Shown here: positions 40,101 through 49,900 of the stretch, in pieces
Position numbering within the stretch: the first letter of the stretch is position 1
Layout: each line of letters starts with the position of its first letter
Source of the DNA: Acidobacteriota bacterium
Lineage (GTDB): Bacteria > Acidobacteriota > Blastocatellia > RBC074
Direction: 5' to 3'
Assembly: GCA_040007715.1 (NCBI GenBank)
Contig: JBDTUN010000921.1
Span: 4,761 to 68,760 of the forward strand
Length of the DNA: 64,000 nucleotides
Program-made: the position numbers and the translations under genes
Notes under the pieces: model-generated
Told to the model about the DNA's origin: nothing
The model's input: the letters and a program-made list of their open reading frames with translations, nothing else
Databases searched by the model: none

Positions 40101-40610
40101 CTACGAAAAGGCAAATACTAGAATGTGCTGAAGGCTTTTGTCGGCAAGAAGCTTTTCCAGAGATCCAATGCGGCTTTCGGGCGTGTCAATTAGAACAATC
40201 CAGGTTACCCACTCCCGCGAGTACGCGGCTGTCTGGCCTATCAGCCTATCCCTCTCGACCTTTATGAGATTGACCTTGACTTCAATGGCAAGCAAATCAT
40301 CAATTAGAATATCGGGCTTGCCCTCTCTCGTACTTGGAAACATCTCAATCCCCAAATCGGTTTCTTTGGCAAGATATTCGAAGAGATCGTTAACGTACTC
40401 ATCTTCGGCTTCAAAGTGATCCGGCTCCCAGTCATCCAGGATGGGCGCGACCTCGGTGCAAACTTCTTCCACGCCGTCAGGGTCATCCCGTTCCGCCCGG
40501 CTCTTCTTCGCCTCGTCGTGCTGATTTTTTACCCACCACGCGCCGGTGAACAACCCGCTGGCGGCCCACAAAAGATGATCAAGTTTTATCTTTGAGTCGT
40601 TCATTCGCAA
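40101..40610 (-). CDS. Small PD-(D/E)xK (restriction-endonuclease-like) protein
   Basis: EDEYVNDLFEYL...GKPDILIDDLLAIEVKVNL...QTAAY, i.e. the E / PD / ExK / QxxxY motifs. 169 aa with an N-terminal hydrophobic segment. Confidence 0.45.
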   Translation of the reverse strand: MRMNDSKIKLDHLLWAASGLFTGAWWVKNQHDEAKKSRAERDDPDGVEEVCTEVAPILDDWEPDHFEAEDEYVNDLFEYLAKETDLGIEMFPSTREGKPDILIDDLLAIEVKVNLIKVERDRLIGQTAAYSREWVTWIVLIDTPESRIGSLEKLLADKSLQHILVFAFS

Positions 40611-40803
40611 AAGCTGGTTCCACCGCCAATCGCCATTCGAATAGCTGCCTCACTCAAGGTTGACGAATACGCACACCACTCGGCGGCGATTTCATGAAAC
40701 ATCCCCCCTGACTTGTGGTCAGATGTTCTTTGGGAAGCAACTCGGCAATTTTCGGGACTGGCATGTTGGCGAGTTTCTTAACTCGGCATCCAGTAGTCGG
40801 CCC

Positions 40804-41712
40804 TCACCTCACGCCTAAACCACCGATGACCTTACGGAGTTCGGTACAGACGGGGGCGATGGCTGCGGACAGATTGCTGTCCCCGCTGTAAACATATGTC
40901 AGGGGCGTCACTCCAAGTATGTCGGTAGGGATTTTTACATCGGTATTCTGCTCCTTCACGATGAAAGTGCGACTCCGTTCAAGTCTGCCCATAAATAATC
41001 CAAGTTCAAACACCGTATTGTCGCGCGGGGCGTTGTATTCATTCTCTCGGCTAAAGACCTTATCGTCCGGGCTAAACACGAACACTGCGAAATCCGCTTC
41101 GTTTACCATATTCAAAAGCGTTTCGACGGGGATGCTTGACGGGCCAAACACGCCGTCCGTCCAGACGACGGCTTCGACGTTGTCGTATTTGAGTCCGAGT
41201 TGGATCTCCTGAGCTATCGCCCGGCTCTCGACGGAACATCCAAGGAATAGAAGAGGCTTCGTGTTCGGGTAGTTCAAGAGGGTGGATCTTTGGCGCAACC
41301 GCTCGGCGACAATCTGGGCAATAACGCGCCAGACTTGCGGATAATCTTGCGCCACCTGATGAAAGTCAGGCTCAGATACTTTCAGCGCCACTACCGGTGA
41401 GCGGGCGGTCAGACTAGCCGATCTGGGTTCAGTGGGGCTGAGGAGCGACATCTCCCCGATTGACTCGCACGCAACACGAACTGCGACCTGGCGGCCGTTG
41501 ACAAGCACATTAACTTCGCCGACCAGAATAAAGTAGACGTCGTTATCTTCCGCGCCTTGGGCCATGATCGCGTCGCCGGTCTCGAATGAAACTAATTGCC
41601 CCACTTCAGCGAGTCGGCTTGCAAGCGCCTCGTTGTGTTCTACAAGCGGGCAATTCTGTAGTGCGGTGATCAGACGCCGCTGTCCATCGGTTCCTTCAAA
41701 TCGTTTCTTCAT
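40804..41712 (-). CDS. cNMP-binding domain fused to a TIR-like (CAP12/Pycsar-effector-type, PF10137-like) domain: Pycsar effector-like protein
   Basis: N-terminal CAP/cNMP-binding fold (FETGDAIMAQGAEDNDVYFILVGEV...IGEMSLL...RSASLTA). The C-terminal ~150 aa read LLFLGCSVES...DFAVFVFSPDD...RDNTVFELGLFMGRL, the pattern of the predicted nucleotide-binding TIR-like family. Confidence 0.6.
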   Translation of the reverse strand: MKKRFEGTDGQRRLITALQNCPLVEHNEALASRLAEVGQLVSFETGDAIMAQGAEDNDVYFILVGEVNVLVNGRQVAVRVACESIGEMSLLSPTEPRSASLTARSPVVALKVSEPDFHQVAQDYPQVWRVIAQIVAERLRQRSTLLNYPNTKPLLFLGCSVESRAIAQEIQLGLKYDNVEAVVWTDGVFGPSSIPVETLLNMVNEADFAVFVFSPDDKVFSRENEYNAPRDNTVFELGLFMGRLERSRTFIVKEQNTDVKIPTDILGVTPLTYVYSGDSNLSAAIAPVCTELRKVIGGLGVR

Positions 41713-41789
41713 AGTTTGTCAGGCATTCTCCTTCCTACTTTTGGAGAGGGGAATGGCCACTGTGCCTATTGTAGTGTTTTTCAATTAAA

Positions 41790-42509
41790 TTAAGTGGGTA
41801 AACGGCGGCTGGAAACAAACGGGTTGTGTTTCCCGAGGTGCTTAATGAGTCTGACCAGACGCTTTGCGTGGCAATGCTTGAACTTCTTGCCACTCTTACA
41901 CGGGCAGCCCGCAGCCGGTTCTATCTCCTCTCTGCCGCTCAGCAGACCCACGAAGTTGCTGACGAGCGCGGCATCTCCCCCAAGCGCGTCCTGGACGAAC
42001 TCGATATACCCGACAATACCATGCCCCCGCTCCCCCCACGCCCAGCGCTGGTCAGGAGACGCTTCATAGATCAGTTGGCGCTCATAGAATGTTGAAACAT
42101 GGTCTAAAAAACCATGAAGGGCCATCGCTTCGCGAGCCTTCCACTGGGATTCGACCGGCAGCCACAGGCAACACCCGCCGTCCGAAAAAAAATGCCGGTC
42201 AGCGATGTGCGGAAATAGATTGCCGGTTTCGAAAGCCATCGGCTCCATCTCAGGGTAGCTATCCGGAAATACAACGCGAGTTCTCACCCGCGTCGGTATT
42301 CCGCATTCCGCACGCAGGGTGATGGTGCCGTCTAGAAAGACTTTCCTATCCGCATAATTCAGTCCGTACTTCAAGCCCGGATAGTCGCGGCGAATAAGAG
42401 CACGGTCTTGAGCGAGGCGCTCATCGCCGTCGTCTTGCTCAAACCAGCGTCGCTTCCCATCATCCTTCGGCGTATGACCGACCAGGTATAATAGTTCTCG
42501 CACTCTCAC
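41790..42509 (-). CDS. E2 (UBC)-like fold protein with C-terminal SEC-C zinc motif
   Basis: FPDSYPEMEPMAF...FPHIADRHFFSDGGCCLWLPVESQW resembles the E2 core (YPxxPP...HPN...GxICL...W). C-terminal CPCKSGKKFKHCH is a SEC-C motif. It sits between the cyclase and the effector. Confidence 0.45.
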   Translation of the reverse strand: MRVRELLYLVGHTPKDDGKRRWFEQDDGDERLAQDRALIRRDYPGLKYGLNYADRKVFLDGTITLRAECGIPTRVRTRVVFPDSYPEMEPMAFETGNLFPHIADRHFFSDGGCCLWLPVESQWKAREAMALHGFLDHVSTFYERQLIYEASPDQRWAWGERGHGIVGYIEFVQDALGGDAALVSNFVGLLSGREEIEPAAGCPCKSGKKFKHCHAKRLVRLIKHLGKHNPFVSSRRLPT

Positions 42510-44001
42510 GCTCTCTTTCGGTAATAGTCACACCAGAATTGCTGGAAGTGATAAATGCCGGTGCCCCCGCTGCGGCCGTAGCTTTCTCCGCCCGCTCTAC
42601 CTTGTCCGCAGTAAGGTCGTTTGCGACGTAACACCCGGTGCCGTTGTCATACTTGAAGTGTTTGCTCAGGCGCTCCGGCAGCGCATCGTAAATGCGCTTT
42701 GAAATGCCGATCTGACCGCCCGAGCAATTCTCTTCAAATTTCGCGGCGCTTTCTACGGGAGCGCCGAGGCAGATGCGGTCGCGGTGGGCGCGGGTGCCGA
42801 GCTTCGAGACAAGCGTCGTATCAATGTCAACGCCGACGGCCAAGCGCAGTTCTTCGGCTTCGGGAAGCTTCTCCTTGATCGTCTTCTCCATGGAGGATTG
42901 CAGCCCGACTGCGGCGTTCACCGCCTCGGTTGCAATGTCGGCCTCCTCGTTTTTCGGCAGGTGATACAGCCCCTGTACGCGGTCACCCTGAAACTGAACG
43001 CGCAGGCCGTTATAGTCGCTGGCCACCACCCTCGCCATCTCCTTGCGCACGGCGTGGAGTACGCGCAATGCGTTACGCTTGTCCTCCTCCGTCTCGGCGC
43101 GATCAATGTATGCAGTGAAGCCGGTGATATCGCCAAAGATTGAGGCTGCCAACACTCGTTTGTTATTCCAGATGCTGAGCAAGTCAAGGTCAATCAACTC
43201 ATTGGCCGAACTGTAATCAATATCTTTGAGTGGATGGTCGCGCTTATCTTGATCAACGCGCGCGCAGCTCTTTCCCCGGTCCCAGCCGATGCCGTATTCC
43301 TCAAGCAACTCATCCAACCGCTTCTGCGGCACCGCATTGATCTGGTAGACGTCTCCTTCGTCGGTCTCCGCGCAGAGTTCACGGAGATCGTCTGGGAGTG
43401 CATCGTAAACGGCCTTTGCGAGGCGCAGTCGGCCTGCCGAACTTATAATCTTGGCGGCGTAGTTGGCACAGGCACCTAGGAATAACAACTCGCGGTCATT
43501 ACGTGTGCCATTGCGGGTGCCGATTGAATCGCCAACGTCTGCGCCGCCAGCAACTGAGAAATTGTCCAAGAGCGGATACGCAGGATTGAATACCGAGGCG
43601 ACAAAATCCTTTAGCACTAACTGGAGTAGAAGAGCTTTCGTCGCCAGCTTCTTGGTTTTGTCGATCGGGCGGTAAAAGATAGCGTGCAACTTTGGTCCCT
43701 GGAAATGAATTCGAAGGCCGTCGAAGATGTCTTCGACGATGCGCGAAACCTCTCGCTGGTAAACATGGACTGCCTGGATGAATCGCTTGTAATCAGTCGC
43801 ATCGGCGATGCTTTCGCTCGCGATAGGGCTAAAGTTTGTAACATAGACATAGACGTGCGCAGCGTGAATCTCGCGGCAGCATGTCTCCGTCAACAGATTA
43901 TTGAGATCGGCCTCGCGAACGAGTTTTTCAACTTCAATCTCACCCATATTGTCGAGATGTTTGCCAATACGTTCCAGGCTGTCATTATAATTCCAGCTCA
44001 T
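42460..44001 (-). CDS. Class III nucleotidyl cyclase with tandem cyclase-homology domains (degenerate N-terminal plus catalytic C-terminal): PycC-like
   Basis: C-terminal domain: AASIFGDITGFT (metal-binding Asp motif), VQFQGDRVQGLY, LAVGVDIDTTLVSKLG, DRICLGAPVESAAKFE. N-terminal domain is degenerate (HVYVYVTNFSPI...ELLFLGACANYAAKI). Confidence 0.7.
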   Translation of the reverse strand: MSWNYNDSLERIGKHLDNMGEIEVEKLVREADLNNLLTETCCREIHAAHVYVYVTNFSPIASESIADATDYKRFIQAVHVYQREVSRIVEDIFDGLRIHFQGPKLHAIFYRPIDKTKKLATKALLLQLVLKDFVASVFNPAYPLLDNFSVAGGADVGDSIGTRNGTRNDRELLFLGACANYAAKIISSAGRLRLAKAVYDALPDDLRELCAETDEGDVYQINAVPQKRLDELLEEYGIGWDRGKSCARVDQDKRDHPLKDIDYSSANELIDLDLLSIWNNKRVLAASIFGDITGFTAYIDRAETEEDKRNALRVLHAVRKEMARVVASDYNGLRVQFQGDRVQGLYHLPKNEEADIATEAVNAAVGLQSSMEKTIKEKLPEAEELRLAVGVDIDTTLVSKLGTRAHRDRICLGAPVESAAKFEENCSGGQIGISKRIYDALPERLSKHFKYDNGTGCYVANDLTADKVERAEKATAAAGAPAFITSSNSGVTITERERESARTIIPGRSYAEG

Positions 44002-44123
44002 CTATTCCTCCCTCCCTCGTTCATCTTTGGATCGAACGGGTAAAGCGTTTGCGGGCTGTCGCCCGGTGATTTCCTGCTCAGAACGGGGATGAGCAGGACT
44101 TGGATTTCATCGCCACATTGGCC

Positions 44124-45572
44124 TTAAGCAGCCAAAGAATAATCACTAAACCTGCCGCGTCCGCCGCGCGACTGCCATAACTGGGATTGTGATACCGCGC
44201 AGCCACGACAGTGGCGGAGGGCTGCCCGCTTATTGGCGATCACGGCAAGCAAACCATAGCGTAAATCTGTGCCGACCTCATTTGGCAGCGCGGCTAATGA
44301 GCTTCCCTCAAGCTTGAGATACTCAGCCAGCAATAAGGAAGCTGCGCCGGCGGAAAGGAATGGCAGCGCGCCCTGGACAGGCGGCTTCGATTCTTCAACC
44401 GCGATATTGCCTTCCGCGCAAGGGCCGCGAAATTGGGCTGCTGGGCGAGGCAGACGGCAGAGCGTGCAGTCTTCGCGACGTGGAATATGACGCCCAGCCC
44501 CCATTCCCCAGCCGCTGGTCGTGGTCGCTTGTAAAACGATGGGCGGAAGCAGAAAAGGCACTTCTGCCCAGGCCGCATCTTCGTTCGTTAAACTGATCCA
44601 TACATCGAAGGGGTGTTCCGCCATTCGCCCCGAATGCTCGCGCCACGCGCCGACGATGGCTTGTGTATAGATGTTTTGATGAGCCAGATAGCTGTGCGCG
44701 ATGGCGGTTTTATCAGAAGCCGCAAGCGCGTCCTTGAATGTAAACATCGGTGACCTGTTCAGGTTGGAAGTCTCAACCTTGTCTCGATCAAGCAGGGTCA
44801 ACGAACCGCGTAGCGGCATTAGATCAGCCAAGTAGAGAAATGCCGAGCCGACTGCCCCAACGCCGGCCAGCAATGTTTCTCCGAGATCGAGGTGCGGCGG
44901 TGGCGGCGGCGCCTCGGCTTCTACGAATGGTTCAGTCAACAACCGATGCGACCACGTAGACCAGGAAAACTCCGGCAGCCATTGTGCGCCAGGATGTCCA
45001 ATTGCTCTCTTGAAGAGATCAGCCGCACCGAGCGAAGCTGCCAACCCGGCAGCCGCCATTGTTGCCGGTAAATCGAACTCGCCGTGGAAGCCTTGCCCCC
45101 TGCGACCCAATGCCGACCAGCCGGCAGCGTTGATGACGAAATCTTCGGGCTGTAAACCATGAGCTTGCTGGAAAGCGCCGATCAAAAGTCTCAGTCTCGG
45201 CCTTCCGTTACTGTGCGCGATCTCTTTGACCTGGAAATCTCCGAAAGGATCAGCCGTTTGCATTTCATCTTTGATTCTTTCGGCGAGAAGGTGGTAACGC
45301 CCGCGCCGGAATTGCGGGCAGAGCGCGACTTCAGGCACGATCAAACGCACATTGCGCGCCCATCGCGCCGTTAGGTTCGCGGCCAACAGAGCCATCGCTT
45401 GAACCGTCGGTTGCCCGGCACTGGAAGGATCAATCCGAATCTCGATTTCGCGTTGTGCGTAATCGGCCAGATTGGCAACTTCGAGTAGCGTGCGGTTATC
45501 ACGCTCCCTATAGAATGCCTCGGCCGAGGGCCACCGCTGTAAGGCTGCTTGCTTCATTTCTTTATTTCTCAT
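44124..45572 (-). CDS. E1-like (ThiF/MoeB-family) ubiquitin-like activating enzyme (BilD-like)
   Basis: LLAGVGAVGSAFLYLADL...LTLLDRDKVETSNLNRS is the Rossmann/ThiF signature. A CTLC pair lies downstream. 482 aa. Confidence 0.75.
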   Translation of the reverse strand: MRNKEMKQAALQRWPSAEAFYRERDNRTLLEVANLADYAQREIEIRIDPSSAGQPTVQAMALLAANLTARWARNVRLIVPEVALCPQFRRGRYHLLAERIKDEMQTADPFGDFQVKEIAHSNGRPRLRLLIGAFQQAHGLQPEDFVINAAGWSALGRRGQGFHGEFDLPATMAAAGLAASLGAADLFKRAIGHPGAQWLPEFSWSTWSHRLLTEPFVEAEAPPPPPHLDLGETLLAGVGAVGSAFLYLADLMPLRGSLTLLDRDKVETSNLNRSPMFTFKDALAASDKTAIAHSYLAHQNIYTQAIVGAWREHSGRMAEHPFDVWISLTNEDAAWAEVPFLLPPIVLQATTTSGWGMGAGRHIPRREDCTLCRLPRPAAQFRGPCAEGNIAVEESKPPVQGALPFLSAGAASLLLAEYLKLEGSSLAALPNEVGTDLRYGLLAVIANKRAALRHCRGCAVSQSQLWQSRGGRGRFSDYSLAA

Positions 45573-45579
45573 CCAGCTT

Positions 45580-46080
45580 TCATTCCCTAAAATCTTTTTC
45601 GCCGGGAATCACGACGATGTGCCGGGGCAACTCCGCCAATCCGACCACATGGAACTGGCCGTTGATATAACGGTGGATGCCGCAGCGATTGATATTGATG
45701 CCGCGCCGCCCGAAGTACGGCACGACCACCGACAGCGCGCCCTCGTGCCTGGCAAAGTTATGCTCGTCATCGAAGCGCGAATGTCTGACTTTGTGGCGCG
45801 GGTGCGAATGGGCCTGCCCGATCAAAACCAGCGGTGTGCCGACCATTGCCGCCAGCACCTGCGCATTCGCTTCCGGTGTGGTCAGGACGCAGCCGTAGCG
45901 AGTATCCGCATCCGGCACGGCCAGCGTGGTGATGATTGCTTTCGTTCCCGCTTCTATGCCGAGCCAATAAACGACACCTTCAGCTTCGCGTTCGGCTGCG
46001 AAGCTTGCTAATAGGTCAGCAGTCCGGATTAACAGCGAATCGCTGATCATCACTACCGGAAATTGATCATCCGACCGCAT
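45580..46080 (-). CDS. JAB/MPN (JAMM) metalloprotease (BilC/Cap3-like deconjugating peptidase)
   Basis: HSHPRHKVRHSRFD fits the JAMM motif HxH-x7-S-x2-D exactly. 166 aa. Confidence 0.75.
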   Translation of the reverse strand: MRSDDQFPVVMISDSLLIRTADLLASFAAEREAEGVVYWLGIEAGTKAIITTLAVPDADTRYGCVLTTPEANAQVLAAMVGTPLVLIGQAHSHPRHKVRHSRFDDEHNFARHEGALSVVVPYFGRRGININRCGIHRYINGQFHVVGLAELPRHIVVIPGEKDFRE

Positions 46081-46538
46081 CAGCTCATCCTCCCCGTTGC
46101 GTCCAGGGTCTTGGTGTGCATATCGCTGATCATCATCGCCAGTGTGGTGATCGGGCCACCATTGGGTGTAGGCAGATGCCAGTCAACTAGACGCCAATCC
46201 CCATGCGGCCCGCCGAGTTCGCCGTAGGCCCTGCGGTTGTAACGCATACACACGCAGGGTGCCGTGTGAAAGACGTTCGGGTAGAGCTGCTTCAAGCCGC
46301 GCGCTTGCCCGGCTTCATCCGTGAATTCGATAGTCGGCGGAAAAAGTGGGTATTCGCGGCAGTCGAACTCGGCGTGGAAATTCTCGCCGGCGCGATTGCG
46401 GAAAGTGACTGAGAACTTCAAATGTTCCGCACTCAGACCGCTGGCCTCGAGCACCAAATTGGCGGCGGAAACATAAGGCATCGCCTCCGCCAAGTCCTTT
46501 TGTACGGCTTCGAGCGAGATTTCTGCCGGAACACTCAT
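46080..46538 (-). CDS. E2 (UBC)-like ubiquitin-like conjugating enzyme (BilB-like)
   Basis: EYPLFPPTIEF...LYPNVFHTAPCVCMRY...W.LP resembles the E2 core (YPFKPPKVKF...YHPN...GxICL). 152 aa. Shares a stop/start junction with the JAB gene. Confidence 0.6.
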   Translation of the reverse strand: MSVPAEISLEAVQKDLAEAMPYVSAANLVLEASGLSAEHLKFSVTFRNRAGENFHAEFDCREYPLFPPTIEFTDEAGQARGLKQLYPNVFHTAPCVCMRYNRRAYGELGGPHGDWRLVDWHLPTPNGGPITTLAMMISDMHTKTLDATGRMS

Positions 46539-46855
46539 GCCGCGTTGCCCCCTTGCACCGACAGGATGAGTAGCGCGCCATCCTTCAGGTGATAGCTGGC
46601 GACGGTGCGCTCCGGTTCTAACTGCTTGTCATTGTGCAGGAGTACATACTTGTTGCCATCTTCGACGAAGCCGAAGACTTCGCGCACATCATTGATGATC
46701 TGCTGAATTTTGCTATTGAGCGCGTAGACCGGACGGCGTTGCGCATCGGGCGGTTGATCAATGCTCCATAGACCGCGCGTTGTTTGCACGCGCAAGCTCA
46801 GGCATTGGTGCTGGGGGTGCTTCTCTTCAAACTGTAACGTTTTCTCTTCGGTCAT
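46535..46855 (-). CDS. Ubiquitin-like (beta-grasp) protein ending ...ILSVQGG-NAA (BilA-like)
   Basis: 106 aa with a C-terminal GG followed by a 3-residue extension, which implies processing by the JAB protease. First gene of the Ubl-E2-JAB-E1 array; it overlaps the E2 start by 4 nt. Confidence 0.6.
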   Translation of the reverse strand: MTEEKTLQFEEKHPQHQCLSLRVQTTRGLWSIDQPPDAQRRPVYALNSKIQQIINDVREVFGFVEDGNKYVLLHNDKQLEPERTVASYHLKDGALLILSVQGGNAA

Positions 46856-46864
46856 GCTTTTACC

Positions 46865-46909
46865 TCATCAAACAAAAATGGTGAGAGCTTTTGATTTGCT
46901 CTCACCATT
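46865..46909 (-). terminator. Rho-independent terminator (minus strand): 12-bp perfect stem AATGGTGAGAGC / GCTCTCACCATT with 9-nt loop, followed on the minus strand by TTTGTTTGATG
   Basis: Read directly. Located between the stop of the helicase gene (46945) and the start of the Ubl gene (46855). Confidence 0.6.
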
Positions 46910-46944
46910 AGTGACGGACTGAAATTCTGCCGTGTGCGAAATTT

Positions 46945-49900
46945 TTATTGCGGGACGATTGCTCCTAACCAGTGCGGACACGAAACCCTGACTGGACACC
47001 CGCCACACTTGTAATCATCAACCAGAGCGACGAACTTGCCGCCGGTTAAGGCGCGCAAGCTCTCAATGGCCTTCGTTGCCTCAGCGTCCATTTTTTTAGG
47101 GTCACGATTCGGTTTAATGCGGTAGAGTCTGGCGTCCGCGCCGGAGAAGGCCCAGAACTGATTTGTTTGTTGAAACTGGCGCAAGACAACAAAAGAGACT
47201 CGCTTGTATGTCGCTTTAATGTCGCTCCAGTTCAGTTCATCGACAGCAAATTCTGAAAGGGAGTCGTGCCGGTAGATGAGCATGTGTTGCGCCCCTTGTG
47301 CATCCCGAAAGCAAGCCACGAGATCGAGGCGTAAGGGCAATAAGCCTTCTTCGTAGTTGAAAACTAAATCGTCAGCTTCTGATGCGTGCAGAAACTCCAC
47401 CGCCCCAGCATGCGGCCGGAATGCCGTGGCGAATCTTTTACTGAATGCCAAGCCGATGCGTTCGTAAAGCGCCTTGTGCGGGTGGTTCTGCCATTCCGGC
47501 TTCTGTTCGTGAAACTCGGCAAAAAAATGCTCTTCGGCCTCCGCCTCTGTAATTCGCCGCTTTTCAAGCTGAGCGCTTATGATGATCCTGCGCATTGCGC
47601 GTCTGACGGCGACAGTGAAGCGTGGGTAGTAGGCCGGTAGAGCTTCCGGGAACCGACCTCTGAGGAACTGCTCCAAGTAGGTTGCAACTCCACAAAAGCT
47701 CTTGTCGAGGTAGCGTATTGACAGATGTGCGCGTGGCTGCCGTCCCCAGAGATCATTCGTCGAGACTGATGTCTTGACGACTTCTTGCTCCGGCAGAGGA
47801 TTCTGTGGAATCGAGTAAACCGATTGCCACCGGCCTAGCAAGCCTGGTAGCTCTCGCTTATCGCCTTTGCTGGTTCGGGCTTCGGCATAGGTGATAGTGA
47901 CGGCGCGCTGGGCGCGTGTGAGGCCGACGAACAGAAGCGAGTCTGCTTGTTTACGATCCTCCTCGCTCGCTGGCATCAATGTGGGTGGCAACCACCAATT
48001 GCGCTCTTTGGTCTTATTCTTGTTGAGTGTTTGCCCGGCCACCACCACGCAGGGAAACTCCAGGCCCTTAGATGCATGACATGTCAGGACACGCACAGCG
48101 TCACTGCCTGAGCGAGGCGCGGCAGTCACTGGCTTGTTGCTGGATAGGCTATCGCGGAAGCACTGTGCAAAGCCGAGCCGCGATTCTCGGGGTCGAAGTT
48201 TTTGGTGGGTAAAACGATAACCGGCGGCGCGCGTAAGAGAAGTAATGATCTCACTCAACGCCAGCGCCTTAAGAGTTTTATCTTCTCCGCTCAAGAGGCG
48301 TCGCAGGTATACGCCGCCGTCGAACAGGAATAAGCACAATATTGCGAACGCATCGCTGCTGTGCTTCTGGCCGTGCAAGCTGGCAAACAATCGCTTGTAC
48401 TCGACGATCAAATCTGCTCCGGCGAGACGATCAGCTTCATCTTGCTCAGTGTTATCAACCTCACCCTCCGTCTCCGCCGCAGTGACCAGAAACCGGATCA
48501 CTTCGTTGAGCAATTCCGGTGCGTAGTTGCCCCTGCCGAGCGCATACACGACTCGCGGTATCGAAGCCACTCGGGCATCAGGCAGTGTCAACACTGCCGC
48601 CAAGTCACCCGCCGCGCCTTCGGGCGTGACCAGGCCGCTGATCATCGCTTTGATCTTGCGCTTACCCAAAGCCAGCACAATGTTGCGTACGTCAATGTTG
48701 CGCCGCGCGAGAACCGCGATTTCGCCAGGCTTGATCCCTTCATCGAGCCATTGCCTGATCAGTTCGGCGATGCCCTCCTGTTCCGCCGCGTCGGAGTTGG
48801 CGGCGAGGATTTGAACAGGGATCTCGCCAAACGGCTGATGATCTGATCCCGCTTCCCAGAAAGTTTGAAAGTCGCTGCTCGATTGTTCAGGCGCGGCCAT
48901 TAACGTTGCCATCTGATTCGCGGCTCGGACGACCTGCGGGCACGAACGATAATTGGAGCGCAGGTCGAAAGATTGCGCGGCTGGAAAGAGTTGCTTGAAC
49001 AGTGCGACGTTCCTGGCCGGATCGGCGCCGCGGAAACGGTAGATCGCCTGCCTGATGTCGCCGACTACCCAAGGCTGATTCCCCTCGCCGCAGATTTGCC
49101 CAAGAAGCTCGACCATTGCCAAACTGACATCTTGAAATTCATCAACTAGGACGTGCTGATATTGCTTGCGCAGTTCGGCGATGAACGTGGGGCTTTTACG
49201 TAGTGTGTTTAGCGTAAGCAGAATCAGATCGGCAAAGTCAACAGCGCTCTCATGCTTTACATCCTCGTACTTGCGGAAGAGTGCAAGGAACTGTTGCGCT
49301 TTTTGATGTACCAGCTTTTCTCGCGGTTCAGCCACTGGCATGGCGGCGACCGCTTGCTCAAGGTCGACCGGGCCATACATTCTATCCTTGAGAAAATTGA
49401 TCTGCTCGACAGCGTGCCGCGCCGTCTCTCCCGGATCGCGCAATGTGACGATTGCCTCGCATTCGACTTGGCCGAGGAGTGTTGTGAGAAGCTCTTCCTG
49501 GGCGATCTCGTCAAGAATCGAGAAGTCAGACGCCAACTTCATCGCGTGCGACAACAATCGCGCGTGGCCGAAGCTGTGGAACGTGTGAATTTCGATGCTA
49601 TTGGCGATCTCTTCATCGAACCGTTTCCCGATACGTTCACGAAGTTCGTCCGCTGCTTCGTTGCTGAAGGTGAGAATGAGAATGTGACTTGGGTCAACCT
49701 TTTCCTCTCTCAAAAGGAAGTCAACGCGCATCACCAGTGTAGCGGTCTTTCCCGTACCCGGCCCGGCATCAACGATGGTAGCGCCTTGCAGATATTCTGC
49801 CGCCCGCTGTTGCTGTTTATTCAGAGATATATCGCCAGACTTATCGATAGCCTCTGTTGCATCACCTTTGAGGAAGAGGTCGAAGAGTGCTTCAGCAAGT

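Noticed and set aside
41790-42509. Interpreting the SEC-C/E2-like protein as the cognate E2 of the Bil-like operon
   Set aside because: A separate compact E2-like gene (46080-46538) already sits in the canonical Ubl-E2-JAB-E1 position. The 239-aa protein is therefore treated as an additional, possibly non-catalytic, E2-fold protein of unknown role.
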